Part shown: piece by piece, positions 1 through 8,285 of the stretch
How positions within the stretch are numbered: position 1 is the first letter of the stretch
Layout of the letters: the number at the start of each line of letters is the position of its first letter
From: Candidatus Hodarchaeum mangrovi
GTDB taxonomy: Archaea > Asgardarchaeota > Heimdallarchaeia > Hodarchaeales > Hodarchaeaceae
Assembly (NCBI GenBank): GCA_016839515.1
Contig: JAEOUE010000088.1
Span: 1 to 19,840, forward strand
DNA: 19,840 nt
Direction of reading: 5' to 3'
The notes under the pieces: generated by a model
Databases searched by the model: none
What the model was told of the DNA's origin: nothing
What the model saw: only the letters and a program-made list of their open reading frames with translations
Made by a program: the position numbers and the translations under genes

Positions 1-939
1 ATAGGAGTTCTAATCTTTCCTATTTTAAGAGACATTTTTGGAGGTGGTAAAATCTCAGCTTTTTATAGCACACTTCCAATAGCATTTATAGCACTTATTT
101 GTATGTTATTAGTATTCTTTGGGGTTAGAGAAAATGAAAATGTCACTTTGACTCATTATGGTATGATTGATTCCTTTAAAAAGACTTTTAAAAATAAAGC
201 TTTTTTTCCATCTTATTTAGCAACTGTATCTACCTCTATGCTCGCAGAATCGATGCTTTTAGCAATTTTACCATTATTAGCAATAAGTTACATTGGCCTT
301 TCTCCCGATGATATTATGGTATCCCTATTATCAGGATTATTTGTTGTAACTGCTATTTTAGTCATTCCATTGATAATAATTTCTTCAAAACGCTATGGTA
401 AAGCACGAACTTATTTTATCTGCATGCTGTTCTTTGGAATATTACCATGGTTATTAATTTTAGTTGGCCAAATCCCAGGAATAACTCCTACAAATACTGT
501 CTCTTTTATTCAGACTGGAGAAGGATGGCAACTTGTTACATCACCTGAATGGCAAAATTTTGTTCTCCTCCAGACTATATTGACAATTATAATAATTGGT
601 TTACCTGTTGGTGGGGTTTTGGTACTAGGTTATTCGGTGTTTTCGGATGTTATCGATTATGATGAAGAATTAACTGGACAACGACGAGAATCAATGTACT
701 TTGCTGCTCAAGGTGTTGTTGATTGGTTCTTTGCTGCATTGGGTGATCTTCTTCTAGGAGTTTTATTATTTCTATTTGGTCATGAATTTTATTCTCCCTC
801 TATAGCAACTGAAACTGGAATCTTAGGGACAGGTCCATTAGGCCTATTACTAGCTGGCCCTGTTGCTGGAATATTTCTCATAGCAGGAGCCCTATTATTC
901 CGAAGATATCCATTCATGGAAAAGAAAGAAGCAAAGTGA
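1..939 (+). CDS. MFS transporter, glycoside-pentoside-hexuronide (GPH/MelB-like) family; 5' end lies outside the window
   Basis: Frame 1 is open from base 1 (IGVLIFPILRDIFGGGKISAFYSTLPIAFIALIC) into the listed ORF 103..939. It has multiple hydrophobic TM segments, a SKRYGK loop motif and the GPH signature 'FSDVIDYDEELTGQRRESMYFA'. Confidence 0.85.
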   Translation: MGVLIFPILRDIFGGGKISAFYSTLPIAFIALICMLLVFFGVRENENVTLTHYGMIDSFKKTFKNKAFFPSYLATVSTSMLAESMLLAILPLLAISYIGLSPDDIMVSLLSGLFVVTAILVIPLIIISSKRYGKARTYFICMLFFGILPWLLILVGQIPGITPTNTVSFIQTGEGWQLVTSPEWQNFVLLQTILTIIIIGLPVGGVLVLGYSVFSDVIDYDEELTGQRRESMYFAAQGVVDWFFAALGDLLLGVLLFLFGHEFYSPSIATETGILGTGPLGLLLAGPVAGIFLIAGALLFRRYPFMEKKEAK

Positions 940-952
940 TGGTTCTTTCTTT

Positions 953-3900
953 TTACTTTTTCTTTTGTCTTTTTTTCCTTTCATTAGGATCCATTAAAGA
1001 TGTCATATCATCTAGAAGCCCATCAAAGAGATCTGTAAAAGCTTCTTGGGTTTTTTCTTCAGAAATTGAGGTAGTATCTTGTATTAGAGTTGCTTGATGT
1101 GAAAGAGATTCATATTCAAAAGATCCAATTTGATAACGTGCTGCTGTCTTTAAACAGATGCTAACTACCTCACTTAAACTGTCAGCATCTTTCAACTCTT
1201 GAAATGTCTTAGTAGCTTTTCCGATTGAATCTAATCCTTCTTTTATATTTCCTGCGTCAAAGCTGAGCTTAGCAGTTGTTGTTAGGAACTTTGCCTCTTC
1301 ACTGGCCATATTTGATTCCTGAAAATGTTTTAGAAGATGTATTTGTTCTTGCTGAGCTAAAGATTGAGTTTGAGGAGTTTTATATAGTTCTTCATAAATT
1401 TCACCTAGTTTGGTGCAATAAAAAGAATAACCATTAGGTTTAAATGATTTTAGTGTAGTAGCTGCTTTATCAAGAAGTGTAATTGCGATATCTGGATCAG
1501 AAGAAAGTAAGTTTCTACTCATTCCGAAATACATGGTAGCTATTTCAAATAAATTAGCTTCTTCCTTTTGCAAAACTGATTGATCAAAAGCCTGTTGCCC
1601 CCACTCATGCATTTTTTGCAAATCTCCTAAAGCAAGGTTGAATTTAGCAGCTTGAAGCTGTATTGGAAAGATATCTTCTACCTGTCCTAAATCTGATTTG
1701 ATTTTTATCAAAAAGTTGAAAATTTGATTTACTGCAGAAGAATCATTTTGTTCTATATAATTAGGGAGGATTTCTTGGGTGATAAATTGATGAATTGAAT
1801 TGAGAGCATCTAAATTATTTGTGTTCTTTGCTAAAGATTTTGCTTCAGACCACATAAGAAAAGAAAGATCTAACCGATAAGGAGCAAAAAGTTGACTATT
1901 ATTAATATACAAATTAATTGCTTCTTTATCCATTCCTGTTTCTTTTAATATTTGAAATAGTCCTTGTAAGATATCCCAGGCCTCAGTGAATTTTTCATCT
2001 TGAATTATTGGTTTTACTTGACGATCAAGACGATTTACTGTTTCTTGGGTTAATTTTGTTTCTATATCACTGGATTCTGGAAATTTTACAAGTATTTTCT
2101 GTGTCTCACGATAGAGAGATAATGAGATAGAAATTAGATCTGCTGCTAAAAAGAGCTCAAAAATATCCCAGTAAAAAGGGATTATTTCGTTTAAGAGTTC
2201 TAATTTTTGGAAATAATTTAAAATCTTTGAACTCAACACATACATTTGCTGGGATTGCGTTTTTATATCATAAGCTTTTGTTAGATGTTTCTTAAGCCAT
2301 AAAATGATTTCAGTAAGTTTTGGATGTTTGGAATCAAGTTTAAAATAGGTTTCAAATGAATCATCTAGTAGAGTGACCATTTCTGTAAAGTAATTTTGAT
2401 CTTGGATATTTTCTGAAAGATTTTGAGCTAAAATAAATGTAAATTCTATATAGTTTTCTTGGCGGTTTACTATTTCAGAAATTGAATTTAATTTTTTAAG
2501 CAAAAGTAATTTAAGTTTTAAATCAGTTACTTCTAGGGTTGTATGCATAAGATAGTTTAAGTTTCGATCAATTACTTCATTCAATGATTCATATTGTTTT
2601 GCAAACTCTGTAGAATATGAAATATATTCAAGAGAGGTATCTAACTCTATCTCTAAAAGACTGGTAGAAGCTTGGAAGTAAATATCTGCTGCTGCTTTTT
2701 GATCATAATTCTTTAGCACTTCAAATGCTTGGGGAAGTATTTTATTACCTAAATCTACCATACGGTTAGAAAACGCATTTAAAACTATAGATTGTAAGTA
2801 TTGGCCTTGAGCTTGAGGTGAGATTGATTCTGTTATTTTTGAACCCAATTCAATATATTCTAATAATCTAGCCTCATTTTCACCATAAAATGAGTCTGAT
2901 CGATTATTAATAAATGCTAATAACTCTTCTAAATGGGTTATTTCTTTCGTTAGTTTAAAAAATTCATACGCTTTTGATAAAAAAGAAATTTCGATGTCTA
3001 TTTTCTTATCCTCTGCTGCTACTTTAGCAAAAGAAAAAGCTAGATTTCCAGCATCTGAATTATCTCCAATAAGTGACTTTAATTTAAGAATGCTAGATAA
3101 ATGTGGAGCTGCATCTGATAGTTTTCCCTGTGTTAACAAATCCTTAAATTGGAAATCTAAAAATGTAATTATATCATTAATTTTTTCATTTTTTTCTAGC
3201 TCAAACCATTTTTGAGCAGAGAATTCAAAATATTCCAATGACCTAATTTTTAATTTCTTAAGATACATCTCTTGTGCATAATTGGCAATGAATTCAATGA
3301 TTTTTTCGATATATTCTGTTTTTTTTATTTCCTGAGCTAAATCCATAGAGGCTTTTAGATAGGGGATACCTTGATTGTTAGAGAACTCTATAGGACCTTT
3401 TTTAACTAGTAACATTTTTGAATTTAGGATATTAGAACAGATTTCTCGTCCTTTAGATTCAAGATGTGATAAAATTTCCTCTTGAACTAATTGATTAAAC
3501 TCACCAGCTTGCTCAAACGAAAGATTTGTCAATTCTTTAAATTCTTTGTTTTTTCCTTGTTCTTCAAATATCTTGGTAAGTTCCCATAAGAAAGCTGGAA
3601 TTTCTTTTTCCTCATGTGCACCTTTAAAAGCACCAAGTGTCGTAATTCGAAGAGCTTCAGCAATATCATATTGTTTAGACCGTACTGCGTCTAAACAGCC
3701 AGATGCAAAGACTCTTCCTAGTTTTAGCGATAAATTTTTAATATCGAATGCTTTTATTTCATTAGGAAGGGCATCAAAGTACTCTTTTAGCGCTTCTGCT
3801 TCCTTAATTCCGTCTTTAAATCGTCCAATAAAAAGTAAATAACTAATTCGTATTAATTTGATATCTACGACTTTTTCTATACTTGTTTTATCTGTATGAA

Positions 3901-4426
3901 TACTTTGGTATTCAAGAATTGCATTTTCAAGATAATTTAGTCCTTTCTCCCATTTCTCCTCCTTACCAAGCAAATACGTCCCTTGAAGTAATTCTTCTCC
4001 AAGGTGAACATATATATCTCCTGATTCTAAGGAATACTGAAATGCTGCATCGAAATTATCTCGCATCTTATAAAGGATGATCATCCATTGTAGTACTTCA
4101 ATTATTGCAGGCGAGGTTTTAAACGACTTTAACTGATCATATTTTCGTCCTGTTATCTCTAAAAAGGTTGGTATAAGTTCATCGATTTTTTCATGAAGAT
4201 TAAAGGCCTTAAGATTTTCATAATAGAACAAAGCCATTTCGTACATCAAATCAACCGAACCAGACTTTCTAGAAGTAAAAAATGCTTTATTAAAAAGCTT
4301 TAATCTCTGTTCGCCTTCAACTGTTGATGCTAATTTATGATATACTTTTGTTGCTTTGTCGAATTGTCCTGACTCCTCATATAACCGTGCTTTTTCAAGA
4401 TCTTTTTCAATTAATTCTTTTGACAC
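953..4426 (-). CDS. Large all-alpha-helical solenoid (TPR/SNAP-like repeat) protein, 1157 aa, function unknown
   Basis: Long uninterrupted ORF with a GTG start preceded by AGGGA. Recurrent helical units such as EKGLNYLENAILEY, RSLEYFEFSAQKWFEL, DIEISFLSKAYEFFKL, DIAITLLDKAATTLKS and KEGLDSIGKATKTFQEL. Very few Pro/Gly, no TM segment and no catalytic motif seen. Confidence 0.75.
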   Translation of the reverse strand: MSKELIEKDLEKARLYEESGQFDKATKVYHKLASTVEGEQRLKLFNKAFFTSRKSGSVDLMYEMALFYYENLKAFNLHEKIDELIPTFLEITGRKYDQLKSFKTSPAIIEVLQWMIILYKMRDNFDAAFQYSLESGDIYVHLGEELLQGTYLLGKEEKWEKGLNYLENAILEYQSIHTDKTSIEKVVDIKLIRISYLLFIGRFKDGIKEAEALKEYFDALPNEIKAFDIKNLSLKLGRVFASGCLDAVRSKQYDIAEALRITTLGAFKGAHEEKEIPAFLWELTKIFEEQGKNKEFKELTNLSFEQAGEFNQLVQEEILSHLESKGREICSNILNSKMLLVKKGPIEFSNNQGIPYLKASMDLAQEIKKTEYIEKIIEFIANYAQEMYLKKLKIRSLEYFEFSAQKWFELEKNEKINDIITFLDFQFKDLLTQGKLSDAAPHLSSILKLKSLIGDNSDAGNLAFSFAKVAAEDKKIDIEISFLSKAYEFFKLTKEITHLEELLAFINNRSDSFYGENEARLLEYIELGSKITESISPQAQGQYLQSIVLNAFSNRMVDLGNKILPQAFEVLKNYDQKAAADIYFQASTSLLEIELDTSLEYISYSTEFAKQYESLNEVIDRNLNYLMHTTLEVTDLKLKLLLLKKLNSISEIVNRQENYIEFTFILAQNLSENIQDQNYFTEMVTLLDDSFETYFKLDSKHPKLTEIILWLKKHLTKAYDIKTQSQQMYVLSSKILNYFQKLELLNEIIPFYWDIFELFLAADLISISLSLYRETQKILVKFPESSDIETKLTQETVNRLDRQVKPIIQDEKFTEAWDILQGLFQILKETGMDKEAINLYINNSQLFAPYRLDLSFLMWSEAKSLAKNTNNLDALNSIHQFITQEILPNYIEQNDSSAVNQIFNFLIKIKSDLGQVEDIFPIQLQAAKFNLALGDLQKMHEWGQQAFDQSVLQKEEANLFEIATMYFGMSRNLLSSDPDIAITLLDKAATTLKSFKPNGYSFYCTKLGEIYEELYKTPQTQSLAQQEQIHLLKHFQESNMASEEAKFLTTTAKLSFDAGNIKEGLDSIGKATKTFQELKDADSLSEVVSICLKTAARYQIGSFEYESLSHQATLIQDTTSISEEKTQEAFTDLFDGLLDDMTSLMDPNERKKRQKKK

Positions 4427-4613
4427 AGTTAATCCCTATTTATAATTGATTCATTAAAAATCCAATTAAAAATCTATATTTTTAATCATCTTTATTTCAC
4501 ATTAAAATTGGTTATTAAATCTTAAGCATTTAGACTTTTCTAAAAAAAAATTTAATTTGAGGCTTTTTTAGGACTAATTAGAAAATAAACAAAATTTACA
4601 TTGGAGCGATCCT

Positions 4614-4910
4614 ATGAATAATCATAAAATCTCTTTTCGTGTGCCATCAACTAGTAATACAAGCTGTATAATGGAGAAAGACTCTCAAAAGTATAGTTTA
4701 ACTTTTTATAAAGAAGGACAGCAGTTAAGCAAGATAATGATTACTGAAGAAGAAATTGATCGAGAATCATTAAGGAAAGTTGCTATAAATTCAGGAATTA
4801 ATGATTGGTACTCTCTTTCTGGTCCATATGATGTTGCAGATGAAATTCTTCGTGTATGGCATCGAAATTATAAGAAAAAAAGTTTCTTAAAACGAATTCT
4901 AGGCAAATAA
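4614..4910 (+). CDS. Small hypothetical protein (98 aa) with a C-terminal amphipathic basic helix
   Basis: ATG preceded by GGAG. The ORF fills the gap between two minus-strand genes and ends in KKKSFLKRILGK. Confidence 0.7.
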   Translation: MNNHKISFRVPSTSNTSCIMEKDSQKYSLTFYKEGQQLSKIMITEEEIDRESLRKVAINSGINDWYSLSGPYDVADEILRVWHRNYKKKSFLKRILGK

Positions 4911-4923
4911 AAATTAAATAAGG

Positions 4924-6009
4924 CTAATTAAAAGGATCCATTGCCACTTTTATTGCTCTTTTCTCATGAATTTCTATCATACCTTTTTCCCAATCTGCCA
5001 TGTTCACACGATGAGTAATAAGTTGCTTTAATTTGTTTTGGAGATCTTTAGATCTCAAAAGACCTCTCATAACTTGCCAAGTTTGAAACATTCGACGCCC
5101 TGCTATTCCATAAATGTTAGCTCCTTTTGAAATCATTAAAGAATTAATGTCAAATTGAATTGCACCAGGGAAGAAACCTAGAAGAGAAACTCGACCTCCA
5201 TAGGTAAGTGCTTGCAATCCTTGATGAAGGGCATGGATATTACCAGCCATTTCAAGTAATACATCTACTCCATTCCCCTCAGTTGCCTCACGAATCATCT
5301 GCGGTATTCTATCACCATAAGTTTTAGTATTATAGACAAAATCTGCTCCCATTTTTTTAGCCATTTCCAATCTGAGGAGATTATTACCACCACCTGTAGC
5401 AAAAACTCGACTAGCTCCTAACATTTTCACGACTGGAATGGCCATTAATCCAATAGGACCACATCCAGTAATAAGAACGTTCTTCCCTGCAATATCTTCT
5501 ATATGATCTTTTGGGAGGATTGTGTGAACAGCATTACCAAGAGGATCTTGTAGAGATCCTAAACTTGGATCGAGATCAGAATCATTTTTCCAAGCATTCA
5601 ATTCGGGAATGACAGCATATTCAGCAAAGATACCATTTTTATCAACGCCAAAGATCTTAGTGTTACGGCAGATATGCATTCGATCAGATCTGCACTGATA
5701 GCAAGTCCCACAGGCTTCATGGCATTCCATTGAAACTTTATCACCGATTTTTAAATTTTTTACATCTGATCCAATTTCTACAATAGTCCCAGTTACTTCA
5801 TGACCAGCTACAAATGGAATAGCTGGCGGAAGACGCTTTTGAGCCCATTCATCAAAGATCCACATATGATGATCTGTTCCACAGATGGATGCTGCATCGA
5901 TCTTAAACTTTACATCAGTCGGATTAATAATCTGAGGTTCATCAATCTCTTTGATTTCAAACCCTTTTTCTGCTTTGGTTTTCATTATGGCTTGCATTAA
6001 CGACACCAA
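4924..6009 (-). CDS. tdh: L-threonine 3-dehydrogenase (Zn-dependent medium-chain dehydrogenase)
   Basis: Catalytic Zn motifs ICGTD and GHE, structural Zn cluster CGTCYQC..HIC, Rossmann GCGPIG, and Tdh-typical DPLGNAVHT and YGIAGRRMFQTW. The start may be TTG 6009 or ATG 5997. Confidence 0.85.
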   Translation of the reverse strand: MVSLMQAIMKTKAEKGFEIKEIDEPQIINPTDVKFKIDAASICGTDHHMWIFDEWAQKRLPPAIPFVAGHEVTGTIVEIGSDVKNLKIGDKVSMECHEACGTCYQCRSDRMHICRNTKIFGVDKNGIFAEYAVIPELNAWKNDSDLDPSLGSLQDPLGNAVHTILPKDHIEDIAGKNVLITGCGPIGLMAIPVVKMLGASRVFATGGGNNLLRLEMAKKMGADFVYNTKTYGDRIPQMIREATEGNGVDVLLEMAGNIHALHQGLQALTYGGRVSLLGFFPGAIQFDINSLMISKGANIYGIAGRRMFQTWQVMRGLLRSKDLQNKLKQLITHRVNMADWEKGMIEIHEKRAIKVAMDPFN

Positions 6010-6069
6010 GTATTCTATGTTAAAATAAAAGAAACTATTTTTTACTTTTGTGTAAAAATCAGATAGGAT

Positions 6070-6459
6070 TCATATAGAAAATTTAGATAAATCTTCTATG
6101 GCAGAAATTCCATTAGCACGGCAAAACTGATATAATAGATGTCTAGCTCGGTTGTCAATTTTACCAATCCCCTTTCGTTGCTGTATTTCCAGTTTAAGAG
6201 ACCTAAATAATTCTCTTCCTTCATTGTCAAAATCTGTTAATAAAATAATTAATGAATAATCTGAAATGGAATCAATTATCTCAATGTTGCTCAACCCTCC
6301 TTTTACAACGATAGACGGAAGAAAACCGAGTTTTTTAAGAGCTAATAGATCCCTTCTTCCCTCAACTATTGTAATTGCCTCAGGTGAAACCTGTTTCGCA
6401 TAATCCAAGAATTGTTGCAGTAGATCTAATCCACGAAAATTAGTCTTTTTATACTCCAT
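6070..6459 (-). CDS. Stand-alone small Toprim-domain protein (primase-like / RNase M5-like)
   Basis: Toprim motifs IVEGRRD (conserved Glu) and LLTDFDNEG (DxD). At 129 aa it has no other domains. Confidence 0.85.
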   Translation of the reverse strand: MEYKKTNFRGLDLLQQFLDYAKQVSPEAITIVEGRRDLLALKKLGFLPSIVVKGGLSNIEIIDSISDYSLIILLTDFDNEGRELFRSLKLEIQQRKGIGKIDNRARHLLYQFCRANGISAIEDLSKFSI

Positions 6460-6462
6460 ATT

Positions 6463-7995
6463 TTACTCACGCGCTAGTAACATTCCTTCGATAGTTACTG
6501 GATGTCCCTTTACTAATTCTGCGACAGCTGCATCAAGTCTTTTCTCATTGGAAGCATACACACGAAAAATAACCTCGCCTCTTTTTATTGAGTCCTTTTT
6601 TCTTAAAAAATGAATGCCTGCTCTTTTATCCATGGGAGCTCCTGCAGCTCGTGAAGCTCTGGCTAGTACCTTATTATTTAGCTCAACAATATATCCATTT
6701 TGAGGCGCAAGATAATCATAAATTTCAGTACCAACTTCAATATCTTCAGGTTTAATATTGGGATTCCCATTTTGAGCTTCTAGAATCTCTTGGAACTTTC
6801 TATATGCTTTTCCAGACGTCAGGATATCATATGCGAAATCTTGGCCTGTTCCTCGAAGAGCTTTTCCTGACATTTCTAAAAGAATCCCTGCTAAAGACGT
6901 TGTTTTACCGATTAATGAATCAGATGCATGTAAAGGGTCTATTAATGCACTAAGAGCTTCTTTCGCTTCTAATGAAGGACCAATAGCATGGCCAACTGGA
7001 CTAGAACCATATGTTATTCCACTTTCAATCCTTATTCCAAGAGCTTGCCCAAGTTCTGCAAATTTATGAGCTAATCTTCGCCCAGTTTCCATATTGGTAA
7101 CTTTTGTGCCAATACCTGTAGGAATATCAAGTACAAGAAATTTTACTCCCATAGCGACTTTTTTAGATAATACTGAAGCAATCATTAATGGTTCTGGGTC
7201 TAAACCGAGAGGAAATTGAACATCGCGAATAATTCGTTCGTCTGCAGGAACCATATTCAATCCTCCAGTCCACGCAATTAATCCTTTGGTCTTATGCACA
7301 ATTTCAACTATTTCATCAATTGTAAATTCAATATCAGCACCTAAAGCCTCCATAGTATCAGCTGTTCCACTTGGACTAGTAATGGCACGACTACTTGTCT
7401 TAGGAATCATAAGGCCAGCAGCAGCAATAATTGGTACAATTAAAAGGGATACTTTATTTCCTGGAACTCCACCTAAGCTATGTTTATCAAAAATTATCCC
7501 ATTATCCCAATTAATCTTCTCACCTGAATTAGCCATGGCTCTAGTTAAGTATTCAATTTCATTTACTGACCAATTTTGATAGTGCATAGATGTTACAAAT
7601 ACTGATGATTCTATAGGAGTAAGAATTTCTCTTGTTATTTCATTTATAATTTCATCAATGTCAGCTTTTCCATAAGAATAGCCTGGTTGTGTCATCTTTT
7701 GTTTAATTAAAGAATAGCTATTTGATACAGATTTACTTTGTGGTACTAAGATAACTTCTGAACCCTTCCGTACACCTAATTTTTTCATAAACCAAGAAGA
7801 AATTCCTATTTGATTTTCTTCTAATAAACCATCTACTTTTACTATATGTCCTATTCTTTCTTCTTTCTGTTTAAAAACAATATTAAATCGTGCTTCTGCA
7901 AAAAGCTCTTTATTTGCTGAATGTGATATAATAATAGTATCTTTTGGCTCAATAGAAACATTTACTACTTGAAATTGTAACATAATTCGAACCAC
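6463..7995 (-). CDS. AMP (nucleoside monophosphate) phosphorylase, archaeal thymidine phosphorylase family
   Basis: Motifs DKHSLGGVPGNK, PKTSSRAITSPSGTADTME, SVLSKK, IGPSLEA and AGAPMDKRAG. About 510 aa, including the ~85-aa N-terminal extension typical of archaeal AMP phosphorylases. Start is GTG 7995 or ATG 7983. Confidence 0.9.
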   Translation of the reverse strand: MVRIMLQFQVVNVSIEPKDTIIISHSANKELFAEARFNIVFKQKEERIGHIVKVDGLLEENQIGISSWFMKKLGVRKGSEVILVPQSKSVSNSYSLIKQKMTQPGYSYGKADIDEIINEITREILTPIESSVFVTSMHYQNWSVNEIEYLTRAMANSGEKINWDNGIIFDKHSLGGVPGNKVSLLIVPIIAAAGLMIPKTSSRAITSPSGTADTMEALGADIEFTIDEIVEIVHKTKGLIAWTGGLNMVPADERIIRDVQFPLGLDPEPLMIASVLSKKVAMGVKFLVLDIPTGIGTKVTNMETGRRLAHKFAELGQALGIRIESGITYGSSPVGHAIGPSLEAKEALSALIDPLHASDSLIGKTTSLAGILLEMSGKALRGTGQDFAYDILTSGKAYRKFQEILEAQNGNPNIKPEDIEVGTEIYDYLAPQNGYIVELNNKVLARASRAAGAPMDKRAGIHFLRKKDSIKRGEVIFRVYASNEKRLDAAVAELVKGHPVTIEGMLLARE

Positions 7996-8285
7996 TTATG
8001 AATAAAAATCAATTTTCATCGATAATCTTATAATATAAGGAAACAAGACATTATTCGTTTTTTTTTTAAATTTATTTTATCAAATACTAGTTTTTCCAAA
8101 ATTAAAAAGTTAAAGATAGTATCTAAATCACAATTTGACAAAAGTGATGAAGAATTGTATTGAAAATTAATGAGAAATGTTAAGAGTGTTATGAGCAGAT
8201 AAGAGTAAAATAAAAAGGATTAAAAAAAGAATTATCCACCATTATTTTAAGATTTCTTGAAACATTAAATAAAGGAAAAATTTAT

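Noticed and set aside
2994-4080. Short + strand ORFs 2994..3215, 3546..3842 and 3883..4080
   Set aside because: Antisense shadows inside the 1157-aa gene, with no recognisable motifs.
8144-8150. GTGATGA box C-like motif in the 290-bp AMP phosphorylase/ATPase spacer (possible C/D sRNA)
   Set aside because: I see no downstream CTGA box D or terminal stem, so it is likely chance in AT-rich DNA.
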